A DNA stretch of 64,000 nt from Dehalococcoidia bacterium. Its GTDB lineage: Bacteria; Chloroflexota; Dehalococcoidia; GIF9; AB-539-J10. Below are positions 19,362 through 28,110 of this stretch, one piece after another. The notes under the pieces are model-generated. The model ran no database searches, was not told where the DNA came from, and saw only the letters and a program-made list of their open reading frames with translations. Where the stretch lies: the NCBI GenBank assembly GCA_049586675.1, contig JBAVCL010000033.1, positions 15,336-79,335 of the forward strand. Reading direction: 5' to 3'. Every line of letters starts with the position of its first letter. Position 1 is the first letter of the stretch. The position numbers and the translations under genes were made by a program.

Positions 19362-19417
19362 TTAAAATGTTTGGGACAGGTCGGGACATAATGGGAATGC
19401 ACGAACAAAACGGGTTT
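19362..19417 (+). repeat. 56-nt intergenic repeat, copy 2
   Basis: ttaaaatgtttgggacaggtcgggacataatgggaatgcacgaacaaaacgggtttt. Overlapped by spurious track ORF 19244..19486. Confidence 0.55.
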
Positions 19418-19593
19418 TGCATAGGGTCAAGGAGTCAAAAAACGCTAAATCGTGCAATTGAAGCCGCCTGGTCACTCCATCGATGAGTTGGTGCTTAACA
19501 AATAACAGGTGACGTGAAGCAAGTGGAAACAAGGATAGACCAAGTATGATTCTTGTGTTAGACTCAACAATAAAATACGCCTAGGAGGAGATT

Positions 19594-20286
19594 ATGGATG
19601 TCATTGAAGCTATACGTGCGAGAAGAAGTATTCGCGTTTTTAAGCCTGACCCTGTTCCCAAAAAGGTCTTGCAGGAGTTGTTGGATGTTAGCCGCTGGGC
19701 ACCATCAGGAGGAAATGCTCAACCCTGGCATTTTGCTGTTTTGGCAGGTGAATTGTTAGCTAAAGTAAAAGCCCGGCTTGTGGAGAAAGCAAAAACATGG
19801 GATGACAATTACTATATGAACACCAAGCCGGATCTGCCCAGAACAGGTCCTTATTCTGAACTTCTGATTTCAAGAACGCAATCTTTAAGAGCGCTGACGG
19901 ACGCCATCCGCTACCCTCCAGGCACTAAAAATCTGGAGGCAAAGCAACTCGAGTACCGAGAGAACATGCTGCGCTTCTTTGATGCCCCTAGTGCAATAAT
20001 TGTTTGTGCCGATGACCGCGGTCCTAGTGCCATAGTGAGTATCGGCGCGGTTAGTCAAACTATCTGTCTGGCTGCCCTTGCTTATGGTCTGGGCACATGT
20101 ATTATGGGTATACCGGTCTTGTGGCCTGAAATATTTCGGGAGTTGCTTAATATCCCCAAAGATAGGGCCATCGTAACATCAATAGCCATTGGTTATCCTA
20201 ACCTCAGAGCTCCGATTAACACATTTCCACGATCCCGTGAACCATTAGATAATTTAGTCGAATGGCATGGGTTCTCAACTGATTAG
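19594..20286 (+). CDS. Nitroreductase-family flavoprotein (paralogue of 17759..18367)
   Basis: RRSIRVFKPDPVP…APSGGNAQPWHF. AGGAGG RBS. TAG stop. Confidence 0.85.
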   Translation: MDVIEAIRARRSIRVFKPDPVPKKVLQELLDVSRWAPSGGNAQPWHFAVLAGELLAKVKARLVEKAKTWDDNYYMNTKPDLPRTGPYSELLISRTQSLRALTDAIRYPPGTKNLEAKQLEYRENMLRFFDAPSAIIVCADDRGPSAIVSIGAVSQTICLAALAYGLGTCIMGIPVLWPEIFRELLNIPKDRAIVTSIAIGYPNLRAPINTFPRSREPLDNLVEWHGFSTD

Positions 20287-20643
20287 CTACCTTTGCTAAT
20301 GTCCAACGGTTCGAGTAGCGCAAGGCCACAATCCGAGTTAATGTGTGACTCACCCACACGTCCTAGCTGTGTCCTCTCTCTAGAAGAATGTATGAAATCC
20401 TATTTGGTATATATGGACTGTCCGGTCACAAAGAATCCGACTCAATTATATGAGACAGTAGAATGCTAAGATTTTTGATTCTTTTTTGCCAACCTTTGTA
20501 GTCTTTTTATACGTCTTGATATTGAGGGATGTGTATAAGAATCCTGATTAACATCGATATTAGCCGAAGTTGACAGCTTCCTCAAGCCATTAATTACTAT
20601 TTCTTCACCAATGTACTTGGCGGCAATAGCATCTGCTTAAAAG

Positions 20644-20735
20644 TTAGGTTGACATTTTTCAGGGTGTCGGCCTAAAAATTATTCAATTTTTAAACAATCA
20701 GGTTGACAATTTCGCTGAGGCCAAATAAAAATCGG
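20644..20735 (+). repeat. Imperfect tandem duplication carrying promoter-like hexamers (aggTTGACA…17-18 nt…TAAAAAT, twice)
   Basis: TTGACA 20649-54 with TAAAAAT 20673-79. TTGACA 20703-08 with TAAAAAT 20726-32. The second A-tract doubles as the U-tract of the minus-strand terminator. Confidence 0.35.
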
Positions 20736-20751
20736 CCTCAACTAAGGCCGA
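20721..20751 (-). terminator. Rho-independent terminator downstream of tRNA-Lys
   Basis: Stem tcggcct/aggccga (20732-38 / 20745-51), loop caacta. On the minus strand it is followed by TTTTTATTTGG. Confidence 0.55.
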
Positions 20752-20786
20752 TTCCATCCGTTTTAGCTACGGTTTTCGTTTTTAAG

Positions 20787-20859
20787 TGAGCCGTGGGAGA
20801 CTCGAACTCCCGACACCCTGATTAAAAGTCAGGTGCTCTACCAGCTGAGCTAACGGCCC
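20787..20859 (-). tRNA. tRNA-Lys (anticodon UUU)
   Basis: Reverse complement GGGCCGTTAGCTCAGCTGGTAGAGCACCTGACTTTTAATCAGGGTGTCGGGAGTTCGAGTCTCCCACGGCTCA. Cloverleaf with a 7-bp acceptor stem (one G-U), anticodon loop CUUUUAA, T-loop GGTTCGAGTC-like. No encoded CCA. Confidence 0.85.
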
Positions 20860-20884
20860 ATAACTTTGTGAAACTATGTGCAGC

Positions 20885-21160
20885 CTATTTTTCTACTGAC
20901 AAGAGATCAGAAATATAGAGAGCGAAGGCGGGGTGAATGTCGCAGACAAAACCCCCGTCCACTGCCTCCACAGAAAAGGTTACCCTATTGGGCTTTTTGA
21001 GGGGATCGCCAAATTTATTAAGTCCCAGTTCATCCCAAGGCATATTGTGGCCTAAGATTTCCAATAGGCCCTTAACATCTCTCGGGTCTTCCACTATCAC
21101 TTCGAAAGGAAGATGATGTGCTAACCCTGTCAATTGGCTGTTATTTAGCTTTACCCTCAT
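20885..21160 (-). CDS. Hypothetical 91-aa protein between the two tRNA genes
   Basis: Track ORF only. No motif recognised. Weak RBS. Confidence 0.25.
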   Translation of the reverse strand: MRVKLNNSQLTGLAHHLPFEVIVEDPRDVKGLLEILGHNMPWDELGLNKFGDPLKKPNRVTFSVEAVDGGFVCDIHPAFALYISDLLSVEK

Positions 21161-21199
21161 TTTTTAATCTATATTTTTGCTGGTTATGGCTATCACCAC

Positions 21200-21271
21200 A
21201 GCGGGTGATGGGATTCGAACCCACGACGTCTTGCTTGGGAAGCAAGCACTCTACCGCTGAGTTACACCCGC
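21200..21271 (-). tRNA. tRNA-Gly (anticodon CCC)
   Basis: Reverse complement GCGGGTGTAACTCAGCGGTAGAGTGCTTGCTTCCCAAGCAAGACGTCGTGGGTTCGAATCCCATCACCCGCT. Anticodon loop UUCCCAA. Discriminator U. Confidence 0.85.
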
Positions 21272-21318
21272 AATTAACTATATTATCAAATGGAATGAGC
21301 ACTGATGTCAAGGATAGA

Positions 21319-22596
21319 TTACTCTGGTGGTATAAGTGTCAACAGTTTCTTGGCAATTTTGGGATATTTGGCAATGAAGAGTAATTCATCCTCCACTAGG
21401 GGTTTTTGCGCTTCCACGTTAGCATATCTTACCAATTCCAAAATTTCTTCAGCTTGCGCAGTATCATCAAAGGTTATGGCCATCTGGCCCATTATATGTT
21501 TGAAGCCAGATATTCCGGTATATTCTCCCGAGCATATCGCCCTGCCGGTCTCTACGAGCTCCGGTTCACCTCTACCTACTTCGTTGAAGCTGTATAGCTC
21601 GTAATTTTGGGGGTCTTTTAATACGCCGTCAGCGTGGATGCCAGAACTATGAGCAAAGGCATTAGCTCCGACGCCAGGCTGGTTTATGGGGATGGGGACC
21701 TCAAAAGCATAGCTGGCAAATCGGCTTATTTTCCAGGCTTTCGTCAGGTTTAGGGGCTTTTCCAGTTGATATTTTCCCGCGAATCCCTTGGATTTGGTGA
21801 TGGCTAGAGCTGTGGCGACAAGGTCAGCATTGCCGGCTCTTTCTCCAATTCCATTGACTGTGGTATTGATGTAAGCATCTTGCCCACCGTCTATAGCTCC
21901 TTTGGCCCCGGCAAGGGAATTAGCCACAGCCATTCCCAGGTCGCCATGACAGTGGAGCTCAATAGGTATTCCGATATTCTCCGCTAGCGTTTTGACACTC
22001 TCGTAAATAGTAAATGGGTTGTCATAGCCCAGGGTATCACAATACCTAAGTCGTTGAGCCCCGTGTTCCTTAGCTGCGGAGCCGAATCTAACCAAAAAAT
22101 CTATTTTAGTTCTGGAGGCATCCTCGGCATTTACACCTATGCTTTCAGCTCCATGGGCGCGAGCCGCTTCTACAGCATCAACCATCGTGCTTATGACATC
22201 TTCCCGGCTCTTTTTGCCCAGAAATTTGCCTTGAATCATTTGGTCTGACGTGGAGGTAGAAAGATTAAGGTGCTTGATGTTTGGGACAAGCTTGAAGGCT
22301 TTTTCCACATCATCGACAACTGCTCTTATCCACCCTTCCAAACGGATGGGTTGCAGGACTCCCATCTCAGCTAATTCTAAGTTCGCCTCAAGGTAGAATG
22401 ATTCGTGTCTTGTCATTGGGAAACCAAATTCGGACTGGAAGACCCCCATTTCGTTGAGGTACATATTTATCATGGTCTTTTCCAGCTTGGATAGACCGAG
22501 GCGTGCAGTTTGAACGCCATCGCGATTGGTAACGTCTATAAAATAAATCTTGGACATCTTTGCCTTCCAGGCAGATGAACCTGATAAGGATAGCAT
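21319..22596 (-). CDS. 2-isopropylmalate/homocitrate/citramalate synthase-family enzyme (HMGL-like TIM barrel); an Re-citrate-synthase-like role is possible
   Basis: 425 aa. N-terminal IDVTNRDGVQT. Metal-binding LHCHGDLGMAVANSLAG (HxH…N). Lacks the long LeuA regulatory C-terminal domain. Confidence 0.8.
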   Translation of the reverse strand: MLSLSGSSAWKAKMSKIYFIDVTNRDGVQTARLGLSKLEKTMINMYLNEMGVFQSEFGFPMTRHESFYLEANLELAEMGVLQPIRLEGWIRAVVDDVEKAFKLVPNIKHLNLSTSTSDQMIQGKFLGKKSREDVISTMVDAVEAARAHGAESIGVNAEDASRTKIDFLVRFGSAAKEHGAQRLRYCDTLGYDNPFTIYESVKTLAENIGIPIELHCHGDLGMAVANSLAGAKGAIDGGQDAYINTTVNGIGERAGNADLVATALAITKSKGFAGKYQLEKPLNLTKAWKISRFASYAFEVPIPINQPGVGANAFAHSSGIHADGVLKDPQNYELYSFNEVGRGEPELVETGRAICSGEYTGISGFKHIMGQMAITFDDTAQAEEILELVRYANVEAQKPLVEDELLFIAKYPKIAKKLLTLIPPE

Positions 22597-22757
22597 TATT
22601 CCTTCAGGTTATCAAATTTTGGCCCGTTAATGTTCACGATTTTGGCTACCTCAGAAAACATGACATGGCTTCACCTGTGTGTGGCAATTGTTGTCCGCGC
22701 CTTCTAGCGTAATTCAAAACTTCCCTTGTTTTCATCCTTTAGATTATACTAACGGCG

Positions 22758-23795
22758 ATGATAGCTAGACCAATAGAATGGCTTGATGGCAAGCTAAGGA
22801 TACTAGACCAGAGCAAGCTTCCCTGGGAGCAAATCTTCGCTGACCTGAATAATTACCACGATGTAGTTCTGGCTATTAAGGAAATGAAGGTTCGCGGGGC
22901 ACCAGCCATCGGAGTTGCTACTGCCTACGGCATAGCTCTGGGAGCATCAGGTATTAAGACGGCAAACAGGGATGAATTTCTCGCCCAATTAAATCAGGTC
23001 ATGCAAGCTTTTGCTGCCTCCCGGCCTACCGCGGTCAACCTTTTTAAAGCTATCAACAGGATGAAGAAAGCTGCCAGGGGAGATGGCGTTGCTGAAATAA
23101 AAAATTCGCTTATCAATGAAGCCAAGCGGATTCATCAGGAAGAAGTAACCGCAACCAAGCAGCTCAGCCAGCTCGGAGCCGAGCTCATCCAGGATGGTTT
23201 CACCGTGCTTACTCATTGTAACGCTGGTCCTTTAGCCACCGCCGGCTATGGCACTGCCCTGGGTGTAATCAAAGCTGCTAAGGAACAGGGAAAAAAAGTG
23301 AGCGTCTTTGTCACGGAAACCCGTCCCCTTCTCCAGGGAGCCAGGCTCACTACCTGGGAACTAATGCAAGAGGGTATCCCGGTAACTTTGATTACCGATT
23401 CCATGGCTGGCTATTTTATGCATCAGAAGAAGATAGACTGTGTCATTGTGGGCGCCGACAGGATTGCGGCCAATGGCGATGTCGCCAATAAAATTGGCAC
23501 TTATACTCTGGCAGTACTGGCTAAAGAAAGTGAAATCCCCTTTTATGTCGCTGCTCCTACAAGCACTATTGACCTTTCCTTAAGCTCGGGAGACAAAATC
23601 CCCATTGAGGAGCGAAGCCCTGAGGAGGTAACTCATATCCAGGGAGTACCCATTGCTCCCGAAGGCATAAGAGCAGCCAATCCCGCCTTCGACGTCACTC
23701 CCCATAGTTATATAACTGCCATAATCACCGAGAAGGGCATAATAAGGGAACCTTACACAGAAGGGCTAAAAGGGATGGACTCCAGATTTTCGTAG
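22758..23795 (+). CDS. mtnA: eIF-2B alpha/beta/delta-family protein, methylthioribose-1-phosphate isomerase-like
   Basis: 345 aa. …[14 protein letters not shown]…THCNAG…[19 protein letters not shown]… signature blocks of the family. Confidence 0.75.
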   Translation: MIARPIEWLDGKLRILDQSKLPWEQIFADLNNYHDVVLAIKEMKVRGAPAIGVATAYGIALGASGIKTANRDEFLAQLNQVMQAFAASRPTAVNLFKAINRMKKAARGDGVAEIKNSLINEAKRIHQEEVTATKQLSQLGAELIQDGFTVLTHCNAGPLATAGYGTALGVIKAAKEQGKKVSVFVTETRPLLQGARLTTWELMQEGIPVTLITDSMAGYFMHQKKIDCVIVGADRIAANGDVANKIGTYTLAVLAKESEIPFYVAAPTSTIDLSLSSGDKIPIEERSPEEVTHIQGVPIAPEGIRAANPAFDVTPHSYITAIITEKGIIREPYTEGLKGMDSRFS

Positions 23796-23824
23796 TGGCT
23801 TGATTCATCAAGCACTTCGCTTTT

Positions 23825-23911
23825 TGTCATTGCGAGCACCTGAAAGGTGCGTGGCAATCTCATACCCCTCACGAGATTGCTTCGGCTGACTTCGTCAGCC
23901 TCGCAATGACA
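23825..23911 (+). repeat. Nested palindromic element: a 12-bp outer stem (tgtcattgcgag/ctcgcaatgaca) enclosing three internal hairpins
   Basis: Read directly: cacct-gaa-aggtg; gcaatctc-(11 nt)-gagattgc; ggctgac-ttc-gtcagcc. Gives a cloverleaf-like 4-way junction. A further hairpin cccaat..attggg follows at 23922. Confidence 0.6.
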
Positions 23912-24084
23912 GAGGAGGGAGCCCAATAAATTGGGCAACCACATTTTTTGTAACAGCCTAGGAGGTTAAGGACACGCTTTTGTGGCGAAATCCTTGTTAG
24001 AGATAAATACCTCACTATGATGGTAAAATATCCTTAGGCGGGCTGTGCCTTTATTACAGCGCGTTTCACTGAAAGAGTGGAGAC

Positions 24085-24393
24085 ATGAATAGCAAGCCAC
24101 AAAAATGGCAGCACCCCGGTGGCAAGCTCCGAGAACTGGGTGCGGAAACATTGACCGATGCCGAGCTCCTCTCCATCCTAATCGCCCCTGGCATACCGGG
24201 CAAGCCAGCGGAGAAGATTGCCGAGGAAATTCTGCAAAGGTTTGGCGGGTTTAAAGGCATGGCTAATCAACCCCTGGAAAAGCTCTTGGATATAAAAGGG
24301 CTTGGCGACACCAAAATTATTCGCATCGCTGCCGCCTTCGAAATCGCCCGACGCATCGTGAATGAGGTTCTAAAACAGCATGAAAAAATCTGA
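24085..24393 (+). CDS. RadC N-terminal-like helix-hairpin-helix protein (no JAB/MPN domain), 102 aa
   Basis: …LRELGAETLTDAELLSILIAPGIPGKPAEKIAEEILQRFGGFKGMANQPLEKLLDIKGLGDTKIIRIAAAFEIARR… aligns with the N-terminal about 95 aa of the full RadC at 60433. Its stop overlaps the next gene by 14 nt. Confidence 0.6.
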   Translation: MNSKPQKWQHPGGKLRELGAETLTDAELLSILIAPGIPGKPAEKIAEEILQRFGGFKGMANQPLEKLLDIKGLGDTKIIRIAAAFEIARRIVNEVLKQHEKI

Positions 24394-27300
24394 GCTTAGG
24401 GGCAAGACGCGGATTCCCAGTCCTTTTAGCACTGGTATCCATAAAACAGAGTGGACATGCGCCGCTAAGGTTGCTGAGTGGATGAATGACATTATTAAAG
24501 ATAAAAATTTGCCTTTGGGACAGGCTGAGGTGGAGACAACTCAGGAGGGCGATAGAAAACGGGTAGACATCATCCTATTTGAAAGCCCCGCCAGCCAAAA
24601 TGCACTTTGCATCATTGAGACGAAGCAACCGTATTTCGATCCCTTTGATGAGGAGGAACTCAAAGAGCCAGCACGAAAGAAGGCTACCAGAAGAAGGGCT
24701 AAATATTTTGCCACTTCTAATTTCCAACATCTCATTTGGTTCGATACCGAGAAGGCTAACAGCTTAAGGACCCTAGAGGAGCAAATTCAAGATAAATATT
24801 TCCTTTCCCAAATCGAGAATTTAGACCTGATAGAAGAGCCAAGACATAAAAATACCATTATCTCTGGATTAGAACGTTTCCTCGTCGATTTATATGAGGT
24901 TCACTCAGCTAAGAAAGCCAAACCGAAACAGGCGATTGATGAACTGCTTATCTACCGCCTTCAAGATAAGATAAGAAGGCTCTCCAGATATTACACCACG
25001 ATAATTGACAACCGCTGCCATAAGGATAATGCCTTTGCTAAGGAGCTTGGCAAGTGGTTCGCATCTCAGGGATGGAGCTTTTTTGCCTGGCAATCTCAAG
25101 ACTTTGATAAAGCAGCAAGACAGACTGCCTATCTCTTGGTCAATAAGATCCTGTTCTACAATGTGCTCCAAACCAAGCGACCCTACCAGCTTGACCCATT
25201 GGAAGTCCCAGCAAGTCTTACCAAAGGCTCGGTATTACAGACAACCCTCCAGGGCTATTTCAATCAGGTCCTCAAGATAGATTATGAGACTATCTACACT
25301 GCAGATTTCATTGACGCTATTGCTTTCCCGGAGGAAGATAATGTAGTTAAGGAAATAAGAGAACTGATAGACATTCTAAGACAATATGATTTCTCCAGAC
25401 TTGGCTACGATATTATTGGTAGAGTCTTTGAGAGACTAATTCCTCAGGACGAGCGGCATAACCTGGGTCAGTATTTCACCAACCCCGATGTGGTTGACAT
25501 TATCCTCCGCTTCTGCTTAAAACAGGAAGACGATAAAGTTCTTGACCCTGCTTGTGGTGCCGGGACATTCCTGGTAAGAGCCTATCAGCACAAGAAGCTG
25601 ATGAACCAACGCTTGGAGCATGAAGACATCCTCAACACCCTCTGGGGCAATGACATCGCCAAGTTCCCGGCTCACCTCTCCACTATAAACTTGGCTATCA
25701 GGGACTTAAGTGTAGATAAGAACTATCCTAATATCCTTCAAGAGGACTTCTTTAATCTCCTGAGCACTGAAGGCGGCTTTGAGTTGCCTGAGAAATGGCG
25801 AAGGGCTAGAGCAAAAACTCTAGGTGTAAAGCAGAGAGAAGTCACCTATCCCCGCTGGTTTGATTGTGTCGTTGGCAATCCTCCTTATACCCGCCAGGAG
25901 GAGATGCCCGGAATTGCTCCTGAAGTGAAGGAATATAAAGAAGGACTCATAGATAAAGCTCTTAAGGATATTAAAGGAAGGAAAATTGCTGAAATCTCAA
26001 AGAGGGCTGGCATTCATGCCTACTTCTTTGTCCATGGGATGAAGTTCCTCCAAAACGGTGGGTGCTTTGGCTTCATCGTTTCCAATTCCTGGCTGGATGT
26101 GGACTACGGCAAGGGGCTTCAGGAGTTCTTCCTCAATAACTACAAAATTGTGGCAATAATCGAGTCTAAGGTGGAGAGATGGTTTGAAGAAGCTGATGTC
26201 AATACCTGCATAGTTATTTTAGAAAAATGTAAAGATAAGAAAGAGCGAGACGAAAACATTGTCCGCTTCGTCTATCTCTTCAAGCATCTGAGCTACTTTA
26301 TCCCTCCCGCTCAGGAAATGTGGCAGAAGCAAATCGACCGACTAGAGAAAATTGACAAGCTGGTAAAGACCATTATGGCTCATTCTGAGTTTTACCAGAA
26401 TGAAGAACTGAGAATTTTCCCGAAATCACAGGCTGAACTTTGGGAGGAAGGATTTGATAAGGAAACAGGCAAATATGTTGGTGCTAAGTGGGGCAAATAC
26501 GTAAGGGCGCCAGAGATTTTCTTTAAGATACTGGAGAGAGGCAAAGGAAAACTGGTACCCCTGAAAGAAATCGCCGAGGTGAGGTTTGGCATTAAGACTG
26601 GTGCCAACGAGTTCTTCTATCTGACGGAGGACGAAATAAAGAGACGAGGAATCGAGAGGGAATTCTGGATGCACCAGGATGAGAAAGGAAACTGGGTGCC
26701 TAACTATGTCATTAAAAGCCCAAGGGAATGCAAGTCAATCGTAGTCAGACCTGAAGATTTGAAATATCGAGCCTTGATGATTCACAAGGATAGGAGGGGG
26801 TTAAAAGGCACCAATGTCCTCAAATATATCCAGGAAGGCGAGAGCAAGGGCTATCACCTCCGCCCCACCTGCGCCTCAAGAGAGAGATGGTACGACTTAG
26901 GGAGTCAAGCCTCCCCTGATGGTCTGTGGTTCAAGGCTTTTAATGATAGAGTTATTGCCCCTCAAAATGAACACCTGTTTTTCTCAAGCGATCGGTTCTA
27001 TGCTATCTATGCCAAGGATAAAGCTTTTAGGAATAGCTTATTCTCGTACCTAAACTCGACTTTGCCATTCCTAATAGTGGAGTTATACGGGAGGGTAAAT
27101 CTGGGTGAAGGCGCTCTCGATAACATGACCTATGAAGCCGCCTCCATGTCAGTGCTAGACGTGAGGAAACATGACATCAAGGGGGGCAAAATCCCGAAAA
27201 AGATTCTTGGCCGCAAGACACTTACAGTGTTTGAAGAGCTTGGCGCTTCCACTCCTGAAGGCGTCTCCCTGGACAAAGTCAAGCCTGACCGCCGTGAACT

Positions 27301-27856
27301 AGACAAGATAGTAATGGGTGAGATTCTGGGCCTAACCGACGAGGAGCAGCTTGAGGTCTATCGAGCAGTGGTGGATCTGGTAAAGTCCCGAATTGAGAAA
27401 GCCAAGAGCTTTGGCAAGAGGCGGAAGACCAAGGAGGGAATAGATATTGACCTTCTGGTGAAAACGGTAATGGACAAGCTTGGTGAGGACACTCTGGGCA
27501 ATTTCTACCGGGAGAAGGTGTTGACTCACAAGCCCTTGCGCACCAAAAGCCTGCTCAAAGTTCCAGGCGAGGTTAAATTAGAGCACGAGCTCTTTGGTTG
27601 GCGTCTTTCTTCAGGCAGAGAACATGTAGATTGTGCTTCAGAAATGGAAGCCCGCTACCTCAAGATTTGGGTTGAAGCTGGATTGGATAGCGTCAAAATA
27701 CCTAAAGACGAACATTACCTCAAAGAGATTGTCCTCGAATTAGAGAGCTTGAAACAAAAGACAGATGAGGTTTTTGACGATTACCTTGGCTCCATCCTCG
27801 ACCCCAAACTCCGCCAGCGCCTTCTCCACCAACTCTGGCAAGAGGCTACTAAATAA
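24380..27856 (+). CDS. MmeI-family Type IIL/IIG restriction-modification enzyme (N-terminal PD-ExK nuclease + gamma-class N6-adenine methyltransferase + TRD)
   Basis: 1158 aa. D63…E80-T-K82 (VDIILFE…CIIETK). Motif I VLDPACGAGTFLV. Motif IV VVGNPPY. TaqI-like TRD motif FGIKTGANEFFY. TAA stop. Confidence 0.85.
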   Translation: MKKSELRGKTRIPSPFSTGIHKTEWTCAAKVAEWMNDIIKDKNLPLGQAEVETTQEGDRKRVDIILFESPASQNALCIIETKQPYFDPFDEEELKEPARKKATRRRAKYFATSNFQHLIWFDTEKANSLRTLEEQIQDKYFLSQIENLDLIEEPRHKNTIISGLERFLVDLYEVHSAKKAKPKQAIDELLIYRLQDKIRRLSRYYTTIIDNRCHKDNAFAKELGKWFASQGWSFFAWQSQDFDKAARQTAYLLVNKILFYNVLQTKRPYQLDPLEVPASLTKGSVLQTTLQGYFNQVLKIDYETIYTADFIDAIAFPEEDNVVKEIRELIDILRQYDFSRLGYDIIGRVFERLIPQDERHNLGQYFTNPDVVDIILRFCLKQEDDKVLDPACGAGTFLVRAYQHKKLMNQRLEHEDILNTLWGNDIAKFPAHLSTINLAIRDLSVDKNYPNILQEDFFNLLSTEGGFELPEKWRRARAKTLGVKQREVTYPRWFDCVVGNPPYTRQEEMPGIAPEVKEYKEGLIDKALKDIKGRKIAEISKRAGIHAYFFVHGMKFLQNGGCFGFIVSNSWLDVDYGKGLQEFFLNNYKIVAIIESKVERWFEEADVNTCIVILEKCKDKKERDENIVRFVYLFKHLSYFIPPAQEMWQKQIDRLEKIDKLVKTIMAHSEFYQNEELRIFPKSQAELWEEGFDKETGKYVGAKWGKYVRAPEIFFKILERGKGKLVPLKEIAEVRFGIKTGANEFFYLTEDEIKRRGIEREFWMHQDEKGNWVPNYVIKSPRECKSIVVRPEDLKYRALMIHKDRRGLKGTNVLKYIQEGESKGYHLRPTCASRERWYDLGSQASPDGLWFKAFNDRVIAPQNEHLFFSSDRFYAIYAKDKAFRNSLFSYLNSTLPFLIVELYGRVNLGEGALDNMTYEAASMSVLDVRKHDIKGGKIPKKILGRKTLTVFEELGASTPEGVSLDKVKPDRRELDKIVMGEILGLTDEEQLEVYRAVVDLVKSRIEKAKSFGKRRKTKEGIDIDLLVKTVMDKLGEDTLGNFYREKVLTHKPLRTKSLLKVPGEVKLEHELFGWRLSSGREHVDCASEMEARYLKIWVEAGLDSVKIPKDEHYLKEIVLELESLKQKTDEVFDDYLGSILDPKLRQRLLHQLWQEATK

Positions 27857-28110
27857 GAGCCTATGCTTTGGTCAATCTCGAGGGCAGAAAGCCAAGGGAA
27901 GTAAGAACGCATACTAAGATAATTGTGTGAATCAAAAAGAGAGTGGGTGAAATGTCAGTACTAGCTCGTAATTTAGAGCTTTGACTTAGGCTCCTAATAG
28001 TGCTATGCGGAGGCTGACGTACATAGGTAACATCCATAGTATATTTAATGGTGATAACGTATAAAGTATGATAGAATTGGCACACTTTTGGAGAGACTGG
28101 ACCAGTACAC

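Noticed and set aside
19244-19486. Track ORF MAWHFPAQQ…
   Set aside because: Overlaps the end of the 44-aa ORF and the 56-nt repeat. No RBS. Implausible composition.
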